64,000 nucleotides of DNA from an uncultured Candidatus Rokubacteria bacterium (GTDB lineage Bacteria; Methylomirabilota; Methylomirabilia; Rokubacteriales; DASRDR01), in NCBI GenBank assembly GCA_963826115.1, contig CAWGVS010000012.1:352001-416000 (forward strand), read 5' to 3'. The notes under the pieces were generated by a model that was given only the letters and a program-made list of their open reading frames with translations, ran no database searches and was not told the origin of the DNA. Numbering within the stretch: position 1 is the stretch's first letter; every line of letters begins with the position of its first letter. Positions 40,287-52,435 of this stretch are shown here, piece after piece. The position numbers and the translations under genes are program-made.

Positions 40287-41270
40287 TCAGCGGCGGCGCG
40301 CCGGCACGCGGCCAGGCAGGCCGTCCCGAAGCGGACGGATGTAGTCCGGCCCGATGCCGCAGCAACCGCCGATGATCTGGACCCCGTCCTGGACCCACTT
40401 GCGCGCGATGTCGAGAAACTCCGCCGGGGTCAGGTCGTTCTTGTCCAGGGGATCCGGATTGGGGTCCACGTAGTCCTCGCGGCCGGCCTCCGGGTACACG
40501 CCGATGGGCCCGGCCCACTTCTCCCGGACGATGGGGAGCGCCGCGTCCGTGGACTTCACGTTCGAGTGGAACACGTTGATCACCTTGCCGCCGAGCGAGA
40601 CGAGCTCGTCGAGCCCCCGGTCGAGGGCGACGTCCGACGAGTACCCGACCCGCGGCGTGGGATCGTCCGCCTCGACCCGGCACTTGATGCCGATCCACGT
40701 CGGGAGGCCGGTCGCGAGGCACGCCTGCACGACCCACTTCCGGTGCTCCATGCCTCCCGTCGACTCCGCCAGCATGAAGTCGACGCCCGCCGCGGCGAGG
40801 GTCTCCGCCTGCTCGCGGAGATTGGCCTGGGTCTGCTCCGCCGTGATCGCGGTCCGCCGCTGCGCCGTGCCGTAGACGCGGCGCCGTGGCTCGGCGCCCG
40901 TCACGAGCCCGTAGTTCGACACCGCGCCGCCGATGTACACGGGACGATCGCGCGCCATCTTGTCGCGGGCGTCCCGAGCCAGCATGACGGCGCGGATGTT
41001 CAGCTCCGCCGTCAGGTCACCCAGGCCGAGGGGCTCCAGGTTGTGTCGCGCCGACGAGTAGGTGTTGGTCGTCAGAACGTCGATACCCGCCTTGACGTAG
41101 GTCTCGTGGAGCTGCCTCACGGTATAGGGATGCGTCTGTAGCGCGGCCGCCGCCCACGCGGTGCCGTGCATGGGCACGCCGGTGTTCTGGAGCCCGGTAC
41201 CCACGGCGCCGTCGAGGATGATGACGTCCCCGCGGTCGAGACGGTTCTGGAGGTCCTGGTACGTGGTCAT
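40287..41270 (-). CDS. Homocysteine S-methyltransferase family protein
   Basis: ILDGAVGT, TTNTY, GVDFMLAE and IIGGCCGIGP. Confidence 0.88.
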   Translation of the reverse strand: MTTYQDLQNRLDRGDVIILDGAVGTGLQNTGVPMHGTAWAAAALQTHPYTVRQLHETYVKAGIDVLTTNTYSSARHNLEPLGLGDLTAELNIRAVMLARDARDKMARDRPVYIGGAVSNYGLVTGAEPRRRVYGTAQRRTAITAEQTQANLREQAETLAAAGVDFMLAESTGGMEHRKWVVQACLATGLPTWIGIKCRVEADDPTPRVGYSSDVALDRGLDELVSLGGKVINVFHSNVKSTDAALPIVREKWAGPIGVYPEAGREDYVDPNPDPLDKNDLTPAEFLDIARKWVQDGVQIIGGCCGIGPDYIRPLRDGLPGRVPARRR

Positions 41271-41455
41271 TCTCGTGCCTCCCGAGGCTGGGCGATGTGA
41301 GCCGCCGCCCGTACGCGTCGGGGCGACGGCTCGAGGCGAGCATAGGGTCGCCGTCCGGGAGCCGCAAGGCCCCACCCGGCCCGTCAGCCCCCCGCGCCTT
41401 GACACCCGCAGGCGTTCCGGGGGATTGTGGGGCACCCGGCGCGGGCGGAGGTCAG

Positions 41456-42184
41456 ATGATCTGCTACGTCGATCTCGAGCATCCGGAGCTGGGACCGTCC
41501 ATGCTGTCGGAAGGCCCGGACGCGACCCAGCGCAAAGCCGATCTCTTGACGGTCAAGGCGCGCTTCGAGCGCCTGAGCGGTACCCCTTGCCTGCTGGTCC
41601 ACTTCACCCAGGTAGACCGGGCGTGGCTCGAGCGGCTCGGCGTGCGGGCCGTGGTCGTGAGCGGGCACTCGACGCTGATCGACGACTACGACCCCCGGAC
41701 CCTGGCCCCGCTGGTCGAGCTCATCCGGGAGACGCCGGACCCGGTCCTCGGGCTCTGCGGCGGCCACCAGCTGATCGGCCTCGCCTTCGGCGAGCGCCCG
41801 GCGCCGATGGGCGCGCTCGCCGCGGGCGCGCCCGACCCGCATCCGGAGGTGGCCCCGGGCATGAAGAAGGAGTGGGGGCCGTCGCGCGTCCGCGTCACCG
41901 CGCGCGATCCGCTCTTCCAGGGCCTGCCCGAGACGGTCGTGGTCGAGCAGCGGCACTTCTGGGAGCTGAAGGCGGTGCCGCCGGGCTTCGTGCGGCTCGC
42001 GGGCTCCGAGGCCTGCCCGGTTCAGGCGATCCGCCACGAGCGCCGGCCGCTCTACGGCGTGCAGTTTCACCCCGAGCGGTACACGGAGCTCCATCCGGAC
42101 GGACGGACCATCCTGGCGAACTTCTTCCGGCTCGTCGGCCCGGCGGCCGCCCCGGCGGGGGCGGTCGCGCTGGCGCGAGCCTGA
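41456..42184 (+). CDS. Class I glutamine amidotransferase-like protein
   Basis: LGLCGGHQ nucleophile and GVQFHPE. Confidence 0.87.
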   Translation: MICYVDLEHPELGPSMLSEGPDATQRKADLLTVKARFERLSGTPCLLVHFTQVDRAWLERLGVRAVVVSGHSTLIDDYDPRTLAPLVELIRETPDPVLGLCGGHQLIGLAFGERPAPMGALAAGAPDPHPEVAPGMKKEWGPSRVRVTARDPLFQGLPETVVVEQRHFWELKAVPPGFVRLAGSEACPVQAIRHERRPLYGVQFHPERYTELHPDGRTILANFFRLVGPAAAPAGAVALARA

Positions 42185-42293
42185 GGTCCGCGACCCCAGA
42201 CGCGCTGCCGGCGACCCCACGCCCGGGCACCGAGCGGAGGGACGACGAGGCAGCGTCCGCGCGGCGGGCTTCCACCAGAGAGGAGAGCACGCG

Positions 42294-43907
42294 ATGCACG
42301 AGTACATCCCGGAGCTGAAGGAGCAATTCCGGACGGGTGAGATCACCCGCCGCGAGTTCGTCCGCACCGCCACGCTGCTCGGCATGTCGGCGGCGGCCGC
42401 GGGCGCGATCGTCGGCGCCCCCGGGCTCGCGCGGCCGGCCCGCGCCCAGAAGCGGGGCGGCGTCCTGCGGGTCGCGACCCGGGTCCAGAAGATGAAGGAC
42501 CCCGCGACCTTCGACTGGATTCCCATGTCGAACGTCGGACGCCTGATCGCCGAGTACCTCACGCTCACCGACCAGGACAACGTCACGCACCCCTACCTCC
42601 TCGAGAAGTGGGAGGCGTCGAGCGACATCAAGACCTGGACGCTCTTCCTCCGCAAGGGCGTTCAGTTCCAGATGGGCGCCAAGCGCCGGGAGTTCGACTC
42701 CGCCGACGTCGCCTGGAACCTCAAGCGCTGGCTGGCGAAGGAGACGGGCTCGTCCATCCGCGGCCTGATGAGCTATCTCCAGCCGGACGGCATCGAGGAA
42801 GTCAACAAGTACACCGTGAAGCTCCACCTCACGAGCCGCCAGATGGCCGTGCCCGAGCACCTCTTCCACTACCCGGCGGTGGTCCTGCCGCGGGAGTGGG
42901 GCGGCGACTTCCTGAAGGAGCCGTGGGGCACCGGGGCGTACACGCTCGACAAGTACGTCGTCAGCGAGCAAGCCTCCCTGAAGCGCCGCCCGGACTACTG
43001 GCAGAAGGACAAGCCGTACCTCGACGAGGTCCGGTTCCTCGACCTCGGCGAGCAGGCGGCCGCGCACGCGGCGGCCCTGGCGTCGAAGCAGGTGGATCTC
43101 ATCACCAGCGACGTGCTGGACGTGTCGGCGATCGACGTCGTCGAGCGCATCTCGCACGCCCAGCTCCTCGAGGTCAAGACCGCCCAGACCGCCGTCATCC
43201 GGATGCGCGCGGACAAGAAGCCGTTCGACGACGTCCGCGTCCGCAACGCCATGAAGCTCGTCCAGGACCACGCGAAGCTCCTCGAGGTCGCGCACCGCGG
43301 TCGGGGCTCGGAGGGGGCCGACCATCACGTGGCGCCGGTCCACCCCGGGTACTCGCCCGAGGCCCCGCAGAAGCAGGACATCGCCAAGGCGAAGGCCCTC
43401 CTGGCCGCCGCCGGCTACGGGAGCGGCATCGACGTGGAGCTCGACTGCAAGCCCTCCCCCGCCTGGGAGGTGCTGTGCATGCAGGCCTACAAGGAGATGG
43501 CGGCGGAGGCGGGGATCCGCGTCAAGCTCAACATCCTGCCGTCGGCGAAGTTCTGGGAGATCTGGGACAAGACGACGCTCGGGTTCACCGCCTGGACCCA
43601 CCGGCCCCTCGACACCATGGTCCTGTCCCTCGCCTACCGCTGCCGCGACGGGAAGCCGGTGCCGTGGAACGAGACCCAGTGGTGTGACGCCACCTTCGAG
43701 AAGATGATCGACGAGGCCGAGGGGATCCTGGACCACAAGGAGCGCAAGAAGCTCATGGCCAAGATCCAGGTCTATCAGCGGGAGAACGGGACCATCGGCG
43801 TGCCGTTCTGGCGGTCGGTGTTCGAGGGCGCGGACAAGCGCCTGAAGGGCTACCGGGCGCACCCCACCTCGTACCTCCTGATCAACGAGGCGACGCTCGA
43901 CGCCTGA
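42294..43907 (+). CDS. ABC substrate-binding protein, family 5 (Tat signal)
   Basis: ITRREF Tat motif, GTGAY and PFDDVRVR. Confidence 0.92.
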   Translation: MHEYIPELKEQFRTGEITRREFVRTATLLGMSAAAAGAIVGAPGLARPARAQKRGGVLRVATRVQKMKDPATFDWIPMSNVGRLIAEYLTLTDQDNVTHPYLLEKWEASSDIKTWTLFLRKGVQFQMGAKRREFDSADVAWNLKRWLAKETGSSIRGLMSYLQPDGIEEVNKYTVKLHLTSRQMAVPEHLFHYPAVVLPREWGGDFLKEPWGTGAYTLDKYVVSEQASLKRRPDYWQKDKPYLDEVRFLDLGEQAAAHAAALASKQVDLITSDVLDVSAIDVVERISHAQLLEVKTAQTAVIRMRADKKPFDDVRVRNAMKLVQDHAKLLEVAHRGRGSEGADHHVAPVHPGYSPEAPQKQDIAKAKALLAAAGYGSGIDVELDCKPSPAWEVLCMQAYKEMAAEAGIRVKLNILPSAKFWEIWDKTTLGFTAWTHRPLDTMVLSLAYRCRDGKPVPWNETQWCDATFEKMIDEAEGILDHKERKKLMAKIQVYQRENGTIGVPFWRSVFEGADKRLKGYRAHPTSYLLINEATLDA

Positions 43908-43937
43908 TCGGTCGCCACGACTGATCCCACTGTCCGC

Positions 43938-43971
43938 TTCCGGGCGCGGCCGACGCCGGCCGCGCCCGGAA
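43938..43971. terminator. Stem-loop after the SBP gene
   Basis: TTCCGGGCGCGGCCG / CGGCCGCGCCCGGAA 15-bp stem. Confidence 0.55.
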
Positions 43972-43990
43972 CCGGCCGTGTGAACCGACC

Positions 43991-44935
43991 ATGAGCCGGT
44001 TCTTCCTTCGCCGTCTCCTCTTCATGCTGCTGACGATGTTCGTCGTCTCGCTGATCGTCTTCGTGATCAGCGAGGTCGTGCCCCTCGACGTCGCCCGCAA
44101 CATTCTGGGCCCCTACGCCTCGGCGGACTCGATCGAGCACCTCCGCAAGCAGATGGGGCTCGACCTCCCGGTGATGACGCGCTACGTCCACTGGCTGGGC
44201 CGCCTCCTCCAGGGAGACCTGGGGATCTCGACGAACTACCAGGCGCCGGTCGCGTCGCTGCTCTGGCGGCGCGTCGCCAACTCCGCGATCCTGGCGGGCG
44301 CGGCCTTCGCGATGATCATGCCGCTCGCCCTCCTGCTCGGCGTCATCGCGGGGATGCGGGAGGGTGGCCGGCTGGACCGGCTGATCTCCGTCGGCAGCCT
44401 CGTGAGCACGTCGGTCCCGACGTTCGCGAGCGGCGTGTTCCTGATCCTGATCTTCACCTTCTGGCTCGGCTGGCTGCCGGGCTCGAGCGTGCTGGACCGG
44501 GAGAACTGGGCGTACGAGTCCCCGATCAAGCTCATCATGCCGGTCCTGACGCTGATGCTCGTGGACATCGGCTACGTGGCGCGCATGACGCGGGCCAGCA
44601 TGGCCGAGGTCATGAACAGCGGCTACGTGCGGACGGCGATCCTCAAGGGCCTGCCGTACTGGCAGGTCATCTTCCGGCACGCCCTCCGCAACGCCCTCCT
44701 GGCGCCGATCACCGTGATCATGCTCCACATCAACTGGCTGATGGGCGGCATCGTCGTCGTGGAGTCCCTCTTCGGCTTCCACGGTTTCGGCAAGATGATG
44801 CTGGACGCCTCGCTCAACAAGGACGTGCCGGTCATCGAGGCGGGCGCCCTGGTCGCGATCGCGATCGCGGTCGGCACCCAGCTGGTCGCGGACCTCCTCT
44901 ACACCGCGCTCAACCCGCGCATCCGGATGACATGA
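43991..44935 (+). CDS. Dpp/Opp ABC permease (DppB-type)
   Basis: GDLGIS, YVRTAILKG, HALRNAL and NPRIR. Confidence 0.92.
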   Translation: MSRFFLRRLLFMLLTMFVVSLIVFVISEVVPLDVARNILGPYASADSIEHLRKQMGLDLPVMTRYVHWLGRLLQGDLGISTNYQAPVASLLWRRVANSAILAGAAFAMIMPLALLLGVIAGMREGGRLDRLISVGSLVSTSVPTFASGVFLILIFTFWLGWLPGSSVLDRENWAYESPIKLIMPVLTLMLVDIGYVARMTRASMAEVMNSGYVRTAILKGLPYWQVIFRHALRNALLAPITVIMLHINWLMGGIVVVESLFGFHGFGKMMLDASLNKDVPVIEAGALVAIAIAVGTQLVADLLYTALNPRIRMT

Positions 44936-45827
44936 GCCCCGGCGACGTCCTGCTCGAGGAAGCCGCCTCTCCGCCCCTCGCCCCGGCCCGGCCCTCGGCG
45001 CTCCGCCGGATCGGCCAGAGCGTGCCGCGGATCCTCGAGTCGCGGGTCGGCACGCTCGGGCTCGCGATCGTGCTCTTCTGGGTCGCGGTCGCCGTCCTGG
45101 CGCCGCTCATCTCCCCGTACTCGCCCACCGGGCTCGTGGGGAAGGTCATCCAGCCGCCGTCGGCCCGCCACTGGCTGGGCACGGACGAGATCGGGCGGGA
45201 CGTCCTGAGCCGGATCATCTGGGGGAGCCAGACGATCCTCCTCCTGGCCCCGACCGCGGTCGCGGCGGCCCTGGTGGTGGGCGGGCTCATGGGCCTGGTG
45301 GCGGGCTACCGCGGGGGGCTGGTCGACGAGCTCATCATGCGGCTCAGCGACATCATCCTGGCCTTCCCGGTGCTGCTCCTCTACATGATCATCATCGCCG
45401 CGGTCGGGCCGTCGGCGCTCAACATCGTCTTCGCGGTGACCTTCGCCAGTAGCCCCGCCATCGCGCGGATCGTGCGGAGCCTCGTCCTCGAGCTGAAGAG
45501 CCGCGAGTTCGTCGCCGCCGCGCGGCTCCGGGGCGAGTCCTCCTGGTACATCATGCTGGTGGAGATCCTGCCGAACGCGAAGGGCCCGCTCATCGTCGAC
45601 ATCTGCATCCGGATCGGCTACGTCGCCTTCACGATCGGCACGCTCGGCTTCCTCGGGCTCGGCCTCCGGCCACCGACCCCCGACTGGGGCGGCATGGTCA
45701 ACGCCGCGCGCAACTACATCCTCATCGCGCCCTGGGTGGCGGCCTTTCCCGCCCTCGCGATCTCCTCGCTCGTCGTCGGGTTGAACCTCTTCGCCGACGG
45801 GCTCCGCGAGATCTCGCTGAAGGACTG

Positions 45828-45828
<1 letters not shown>
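44932..45828 (+). CDS. Dpp/Opp ABC permease (DppC-type)
   Basis: HWLGTDEIGRD, EILPN and PDWG. Confidence 0.92.
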
Positions 45829-47894
<2,066 letters not shown>

Positions 47895-47921
47895 CCGGCC
47901 GGCCGCTCCGGCGCCCGCGCC

Positions 47922-48713
47922 TCAGTCGCCGGGCGCGGGGTCCGACCAGCGCGTCCGCGGCCGCGGCTCGCGCATCCCGTCCACGTAGATCGCGTCGACG
48001 CGCTCGTTGTAGAAGCAGACGAGATTCTCGATCTTCCCGCACTCGGGGATCGGGTGGCGGTAGTACCACGCGATGTCCCGGACCACCGTGCCGCCGGTCC
48101 GCACCGAGTAGTAGCTCGCCACGCCCTTGTACGGGCACTCGGTCTCGGTGTCCGTGGGCTCGAGGAGGTCCATCCGGACGTCGGCCCGGGGCACGTAGTA
48201 GCGGGTCGGCAGCCCCGTCTCGAAGAGAAGGGCCGGGCGTCGCGTGTCGGCCACGACCGCGCCCGCCACTTCCACCCGCACGTGGCGCGAGCTGTGGAGG
48301 ACGTCGATCCGCTTGTAGGGATCGCGGGCGTGGACGTAGACCTCGTCGTCCTCCTCGAGCCAGGCGTCCATTTGCGCCCACTCGAAGGTGATGTGGTCGC
48401 GCAGCGCGAGCCGGCCCGGCGGCGGGTCCGGGTAGCCCCACGCGGCATGCTCGGCCGTCCGGTCCCCTGCCCGCACCGTCCAGCAGGTGGCCCCCTCGCG
48501 CGGGCACGGCGCGGTGTGGCCGGCGGGCATGAGGACATCGGGGCACACGTCCGCGCGCGGGAAGTAGTAGACCGGGATGCGCCCGGGCTCCCGCAGCAAG
48601 AGAACGCGCTTGCTGTCGGCGACGAGCTGGCCCCCGAAGCGGACCCGCACCCAGCGCGGGCTCGGCTCGAGCTCGTGCCGGAGGTCTGCGGTGGAGGGGT
48701 CGGCTGGATTCAT
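47922..48713 (-). CDS. DUF427 double-domain protein
   Basis: Two repeats ADS/ADT..LL.E....YY.P..DV and CP.KG.A. Confidence 0.85.
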   Translation of the reverse strand: MNPADPSTADLRHELEPSPRWVRVRFGGQLVADSKRVLLLREPGRIPVYYFPRADVCPDVLMPAGHTAPCPREGATCWTVRAGDRTAEHAAWGYPDPPPGRLALRDHITFEWAQMDAWLEEDDEVYVHARDPYKRIDVLHSSRHVRVEVAGAVVADTRRPALLFETGLPTRYYVPRADVRMDLLEPTDTETECPYKGVASYYSVRTGGTVVRDIAWYYRHPIPECGKIENLVCFYNERVDAIYVDGMREPRPRTRWSDPAPGD

Positions 48714-48945
48714 GGCGCCTCCTGTCGGGCCGGGTCGCCGCCCGGCGCCCCACGGCCCTCGATGGTCTGTCGGGAACTCACCACGGCTCGGCATCGAGCG
48801 TCAAGGCCGGCCCCCGCCTTGACGAGCTTCGCCCTCCCGGCGCACCGTAGGAGCCAGGCTCGGCGGCGCCCGGCGGGCGCCCCGACGGTCTGTCACCACT
48901 CCAGATCACGTCGCCGGCGGTCAAGGGCGCCCAGGAGGAGAGCCA

Positions 48946-50472
48946 ATGAAGCGGGTTGTGCTCGGACTGGCCGTGTTGCTCGCGCTCGGGCTCGGCCTTC
49001 GGGCCGAGGGCTGGGCGGCCCCCAGGGGGACGCTGACGATCGGCATCCCGACGGACATCAACACCCTCGATCCCCACATGGGCCCCGAGGTGAACAGCCT
49101 GAACGTCGCCTACTCGACGATGGAGGCGCTCCTCCGGCTCGATGCCCAGGGGAACGTCAAGCCGCAGCTGGCCGAATCGTGGGAGGTCGTCGACAACACG
49201 ACGTACGTCTTCCGTCTCCGGAAGAACGTCAAGTTCTCCAACGGGGAGCCGTTGACCGGGAAGGCGGTCGAGTACAGCTGGAAGCGGAGCCAGGAGAAGC
49301 ACCGGGCCAACAAGACCAACTGGGCGACCGTTTCCCGGATCGACCACCTCGACGACTACACCATCCGGATCGTCACCGAGAAGCCCGACCCGGTCTTTCT
49401 GAAGAAGATGGCCGGCGTGACCGGGGCGATCTTCCCGCCCAAGGCGACGGCGGAGGGTGGCGACGAGGCGGCCTCGTTGAAGCCGATCGGGACCGGGCCG
49501 TACATCCTGTCGGCCTGGGTGAAGGGCGAGCACATCACCTTCAAGGCGAACCCGAACTACTACCTGCCGGACGTGCCGAAGGTGGAGACGCTCGTGTGGC
49601 GCGCCATTCCCGAGGCGGCGGCGCGAGTGGCCGCGCTCCAGACGGGCCAGGTCGACATCGCGCTCCGGATCCCGCCCAACCAGGTGCCGGCGCTCGAGCG
49701 GGATCCGAACCTCCGCGTCTCGTCCGCGCTGTCGACGCGGACCTACTACATCGCCTTCAACAACATGACGACGGGCAAGGGCACGCCGATCATGGACGCG
49801 CGCGTCCGGCGGGCGATGAACCACGGGACCGACCTCGACGCCATCATCAAGAGCGTCTTCAACGGCCAAGCCCAGCGCGTGAACAGCCTGATCGGCAACG
49901 TGCAGTTCGGGTACGACTCGACGCTGCCGCCGATGGCGTACGACGTGGCCAAGGCCAAGCAGCTCCTCGCCGAGGCCGGCGTCCCCAACGGCTTCAAGGT
50001 CGGGCTGGCGTGTCCGAGCGGGGCCTATACCAACGACAAGGAGGCCTGCCAGGCGATCGCCGGATCGCTCGCCAAGATCGGCATCGAGATCGATGTCCAG
50101 ATCATGGAGTCGAACCGCTTCTGGGACCTGGAGGCGAAGAAGCAGCTTCCGCCGCTCTTCTTCGACGGCGTGGGGGATCGCTTCCAGGACCCGGCCACCC
50201 AGCTGCGGGGGGTCGCCCACCCCGCCTCGAACTGGACGGCCTTCGAGAAGAAAGAGTTCTCGGAGCTGATCGACCAGGGCGGGAGCACCGTCGACCAGGC
50301 GCAGCGGAAGCAGATCTACGCCAAGCTCGCGCGCGAGATGCAGGCGGACCCGCCCTTCCTCTTCCTCTGGCAGGTGAAGAACTTCGAGGGCGTGCGAAAG
50401 CGCGTCCAGGGTTACACGACCCGCCCGACCGAGGACATGGGCCACGTCGCCTTCGACGTGGGGGTCGAGTAG
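48946..50472 (+). CDS. ABC substrate-binding protein, family 5
   Basis: TLDPH, LAESWE, VKFSNG and PIGTGPY. Confidence 0.92.
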   Translation: MKRVVLGLAVLLALGLGLRAEGWAAPRGTLTIGIPTDINTLDPHMGPEVNSLNVAYSTMEALLRLDAQGNVKPQLAESWEVVDNTTYVFRLRKNVKFSNGEPLTGKAVEYSWKRSQEKHRANKTNWATVSRIDHLDDYTIRIVTEKPDPVFLKKMAGVTGAIFPPKATAEGGDEAASLKPIGTGPYILSAWVKGEHITFKANPNYYLPDVPKVETLVWRAIPEAAARVAALQTGQVDIALRIPPNQVPALERDPNLRVSSALSTRTYYIAFNNMTTGKGTPIMDARVRRAMNHGTDLDAIIKSVFNGQAQRVNSLIGNVQFGYDSTLPPMAYDVAKAKQLLAEAGVPNGFKVGLACPSGAYTNDKEACQAIAGSLAKIGIEIDVQIMESNRFWDLEAKKQLPPLFFDGVGDRFQDPATQLRGVAHPASNWTAFEKKEFSELIDQGGSTVDQAQRKQIYAKLAREMQADPPFLFLWQVKNFEGVRKRVQGYTTRPTEDMGHVAFDVGVE

Positions 50473-50486
50473 CCTTCGCGGAACCC

Positions 50487-50515
50487 GGCGGGCCGGTCGC
50501 GCTGACCGGCCCGCC
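50487..50515. terminator. Stem-loop after the SBP gene
   Basis: GGCGGGCCGGTC / GACCGGCCCGCC 12-bp stem. Confidence 0.55.
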
Positions 50516-50630
50516 CCTCTCCCTCATGTCCGGTCGGCGCGGCCCCCGCGGTCGTTGACGAGCGCGTGACCGCGTCAGGTCCGCGGCGGACCGCCTCCGT
50601 GGCTCCCGCCGCCGTTCGGCTGAGAGTGCG

Positions 50631-51548
50631 GTGACCGCCTACCTCCTCACGCGCGCCGCGCAGTCGCTGTTCGCGATGGGCTGCGTCCTCGCCCTCGTGT
50701 TCTTCATGGTGCGGCTGACCGGCGACCCGACGGTCGTGATGTTGCCCCAGGATGCGAGCAAGGAGGACGTCGCGCAGTTCCGGAAGGCCATGGGCTTCGA
50801 CCGGCCGCTCGCCGTCCAGTTCGGGGACTTCGTCAGCCGGGCGGTCGTGGGCGACTTCGGGAAGTCCCTCCAGTACCGAACGTCCGCGTGGTCTCTCATC
50901 ATGGAGCGCTTGCCCGCCACGCTGGAGCTCGCCGTCGTCGCGATGCTCTTCGCCATCCTCGTAGGCATCCCTCTCGGGATTCTGGGGGCGACCCGGCAGG
51001 GCTCCGCGTGGGACGCGCTCGCCCAGGGGGTGGCGCTGCTCGGCCAGGCGCTGCCCGCGTACTGGGTGGGGCTCATCCTGATCATCGTCCTGTCGGTGCA
51101 GCTCAATCTCCTGCCGGTGGCCGGCCGGTCTGGCTGGAGCTCGCTCGTCATGCCGATGGTGACCCTCGGCATGGGCACACTCGGCCGCCTGACCCAGCTC
51201 GCCCGCTCGGTGATGCTCGACACGCTGGGGCAGGACTACATCCGCACCGCGTGGGCGAAGGGCCTGGCGCCGCGCGCCGTCCGGTACCGGCACGCCCTCA
51301 AGAACGCGGCCATCCCGCTGATCACGCTGATCGGGGTCAACTTCGGGTACATGCTGGGCGGTGCGGTCCTGATCGAGAGCGTGTTCTCGTATCCGGGCAT
51401 CGGGCGCCTGGCCGCTCAGGCGATCTTCCAGCGCGACTTCCCGCTGGTGCAGGCCGTCGCCTTCTTCGCGTCCCTGGTCGTCATCGTCGTCAACCTCGCC
51501 ACCGATCTCGTGTACGGTCTCGTGAATCCCCAGGTCCGGCTCCGGTGA
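50631..51548 (+). CDS. Dpp/Nik ABC permease (DppB-type)
   Basis: GDFGKS, ERLPATLEL and DYIRTAWAKG. Confidence 0.92.
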   Translation: MTAYLLTRAAQSLFAMGCVLALVFFMVRLTGDPTVVMLPQDASKEDVAQFRKAMGFDRPLAVQFGDFVSRAVVGDFGKSLQYRTSAWSLIMERLPATLELAVVAMLFAILVGIPLGILGATRQGSAWDALAQGVALLGQALPAYWVGLILIIVLSVQLNLLPVAGRSGWSSLVMPMVTLGMGTLGRLTQLARSVMLDTLGQDYIRTAWAKGLAPRAVRYRHALKNAAIPLITLIGVNFGYMLGGAVLIESVFSYPGIGRLAAQAIFQRDFPLVQAVAFFASLVVIVVNLATDLVYGLVNPQVRLR

Positions 51549-52357
51549 GGTGGCGCGGCCGGCCGTGGGCCTCGGCGGGCGCGGCGCTCGTCGTGCTCGT
51601 CCTCCTCGCAGCCGTGTTCGCGCCGGTCCTGTCTCCGCACCCGCCAACCTTGCAGGACCTCGCCCGGAGCCAGCAGCCGCCAGCGTGGCTCGAGGGCGGC
51701 ACCTGGGAGAACCCGCTCGGCACGGACCACCTGGGCCGCGACGTCCTGAGCCGCATCCTCTACGGGAGTCGCGTGTCGCTCATCGTCGGGATCGGCGGCG
51801 TGGCCCTCGCCCTCAGCCTCGGCCTCGTGGTGGGCCTCGTGGCCGGCTACCGGCGGGGCTGGGTCGACGACGTCGCAATGCGGCTCTGCGACGTCCAGCT
51901 CTCGCTCCCCTACCTCCTCTTCGTCGTGGCGATCGTCGGCGTGCTCGGCCCGAGCCTGCGGAACGTCGTGCTCGTGTTCGGGATCGCCGACTTCCCCCTC
52001 TTCGCGCGGATGGCGCGGGGCGAGACGCTGCGCCTCCGGGCGGCGCCGTTCGTCGAGTCGGCGGTGGCGACCGGCGCGTCGCATCTCCGCATCCTGCTCC
52101 GCCACGTCCTGCCCAACATGGCGGGCGTCCTGCTGGTCGTTTCGGCGTTCGAGATGGCGGCGATGATCCTCTACGAGGCCGGGGTGGGCTTCCTCGGGCT
52201 CTCGGTGCCGCCGACCATCCCGAGCTGGGGCAACATGCTGGCCGACGGCCGCAACTACCTGACCACGTCCTGGTGGATCGCGACGTTCCCGGGTCTGGCC
52301 ATCGTGGTCGGCACGCTCGGCATCAACCTTCTCGGCAACCGGCTGCGCCGGACCTGA
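51545..52357 (+). CDS. Dpp/Opp ABC permease (DppC-type)
   Basis: LGTDHLGRD, RHVLPN and PSWGNML; GTGA overlap. Confidence 0.9.
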   Translation: MRWRGRPWASAGAALVVLVLLAAVFAPVLSPHPPTLQDLARSQQPPAWLEGGTWENPLGTDHLGRDVLSRILYGSRVSLIVGIGGVALALSLGLVVGLVAGYRRGWVDDVAMRLCDVQLSLPYLLFVVAIVGVLGPSLRNVVLVFGIADFPLFARMARGETLRLRAAPFVESAVATGASHLRILLRHVLPNMAGVLLVVSAFEMAAMILYEAGVGFLGLSVPPTIPSWGNMLADGRNYLTTSWWIATFPGLAIVVGTLGINLLGNRLRRT

Positions 52358-52435
52358 CGGCCGGAGCGCGCGCCGCCGCGTGATCACGACCCCCACACGA
52401 TCGCGACGAACCGACCGATCGCGGAGGACCCGAAG

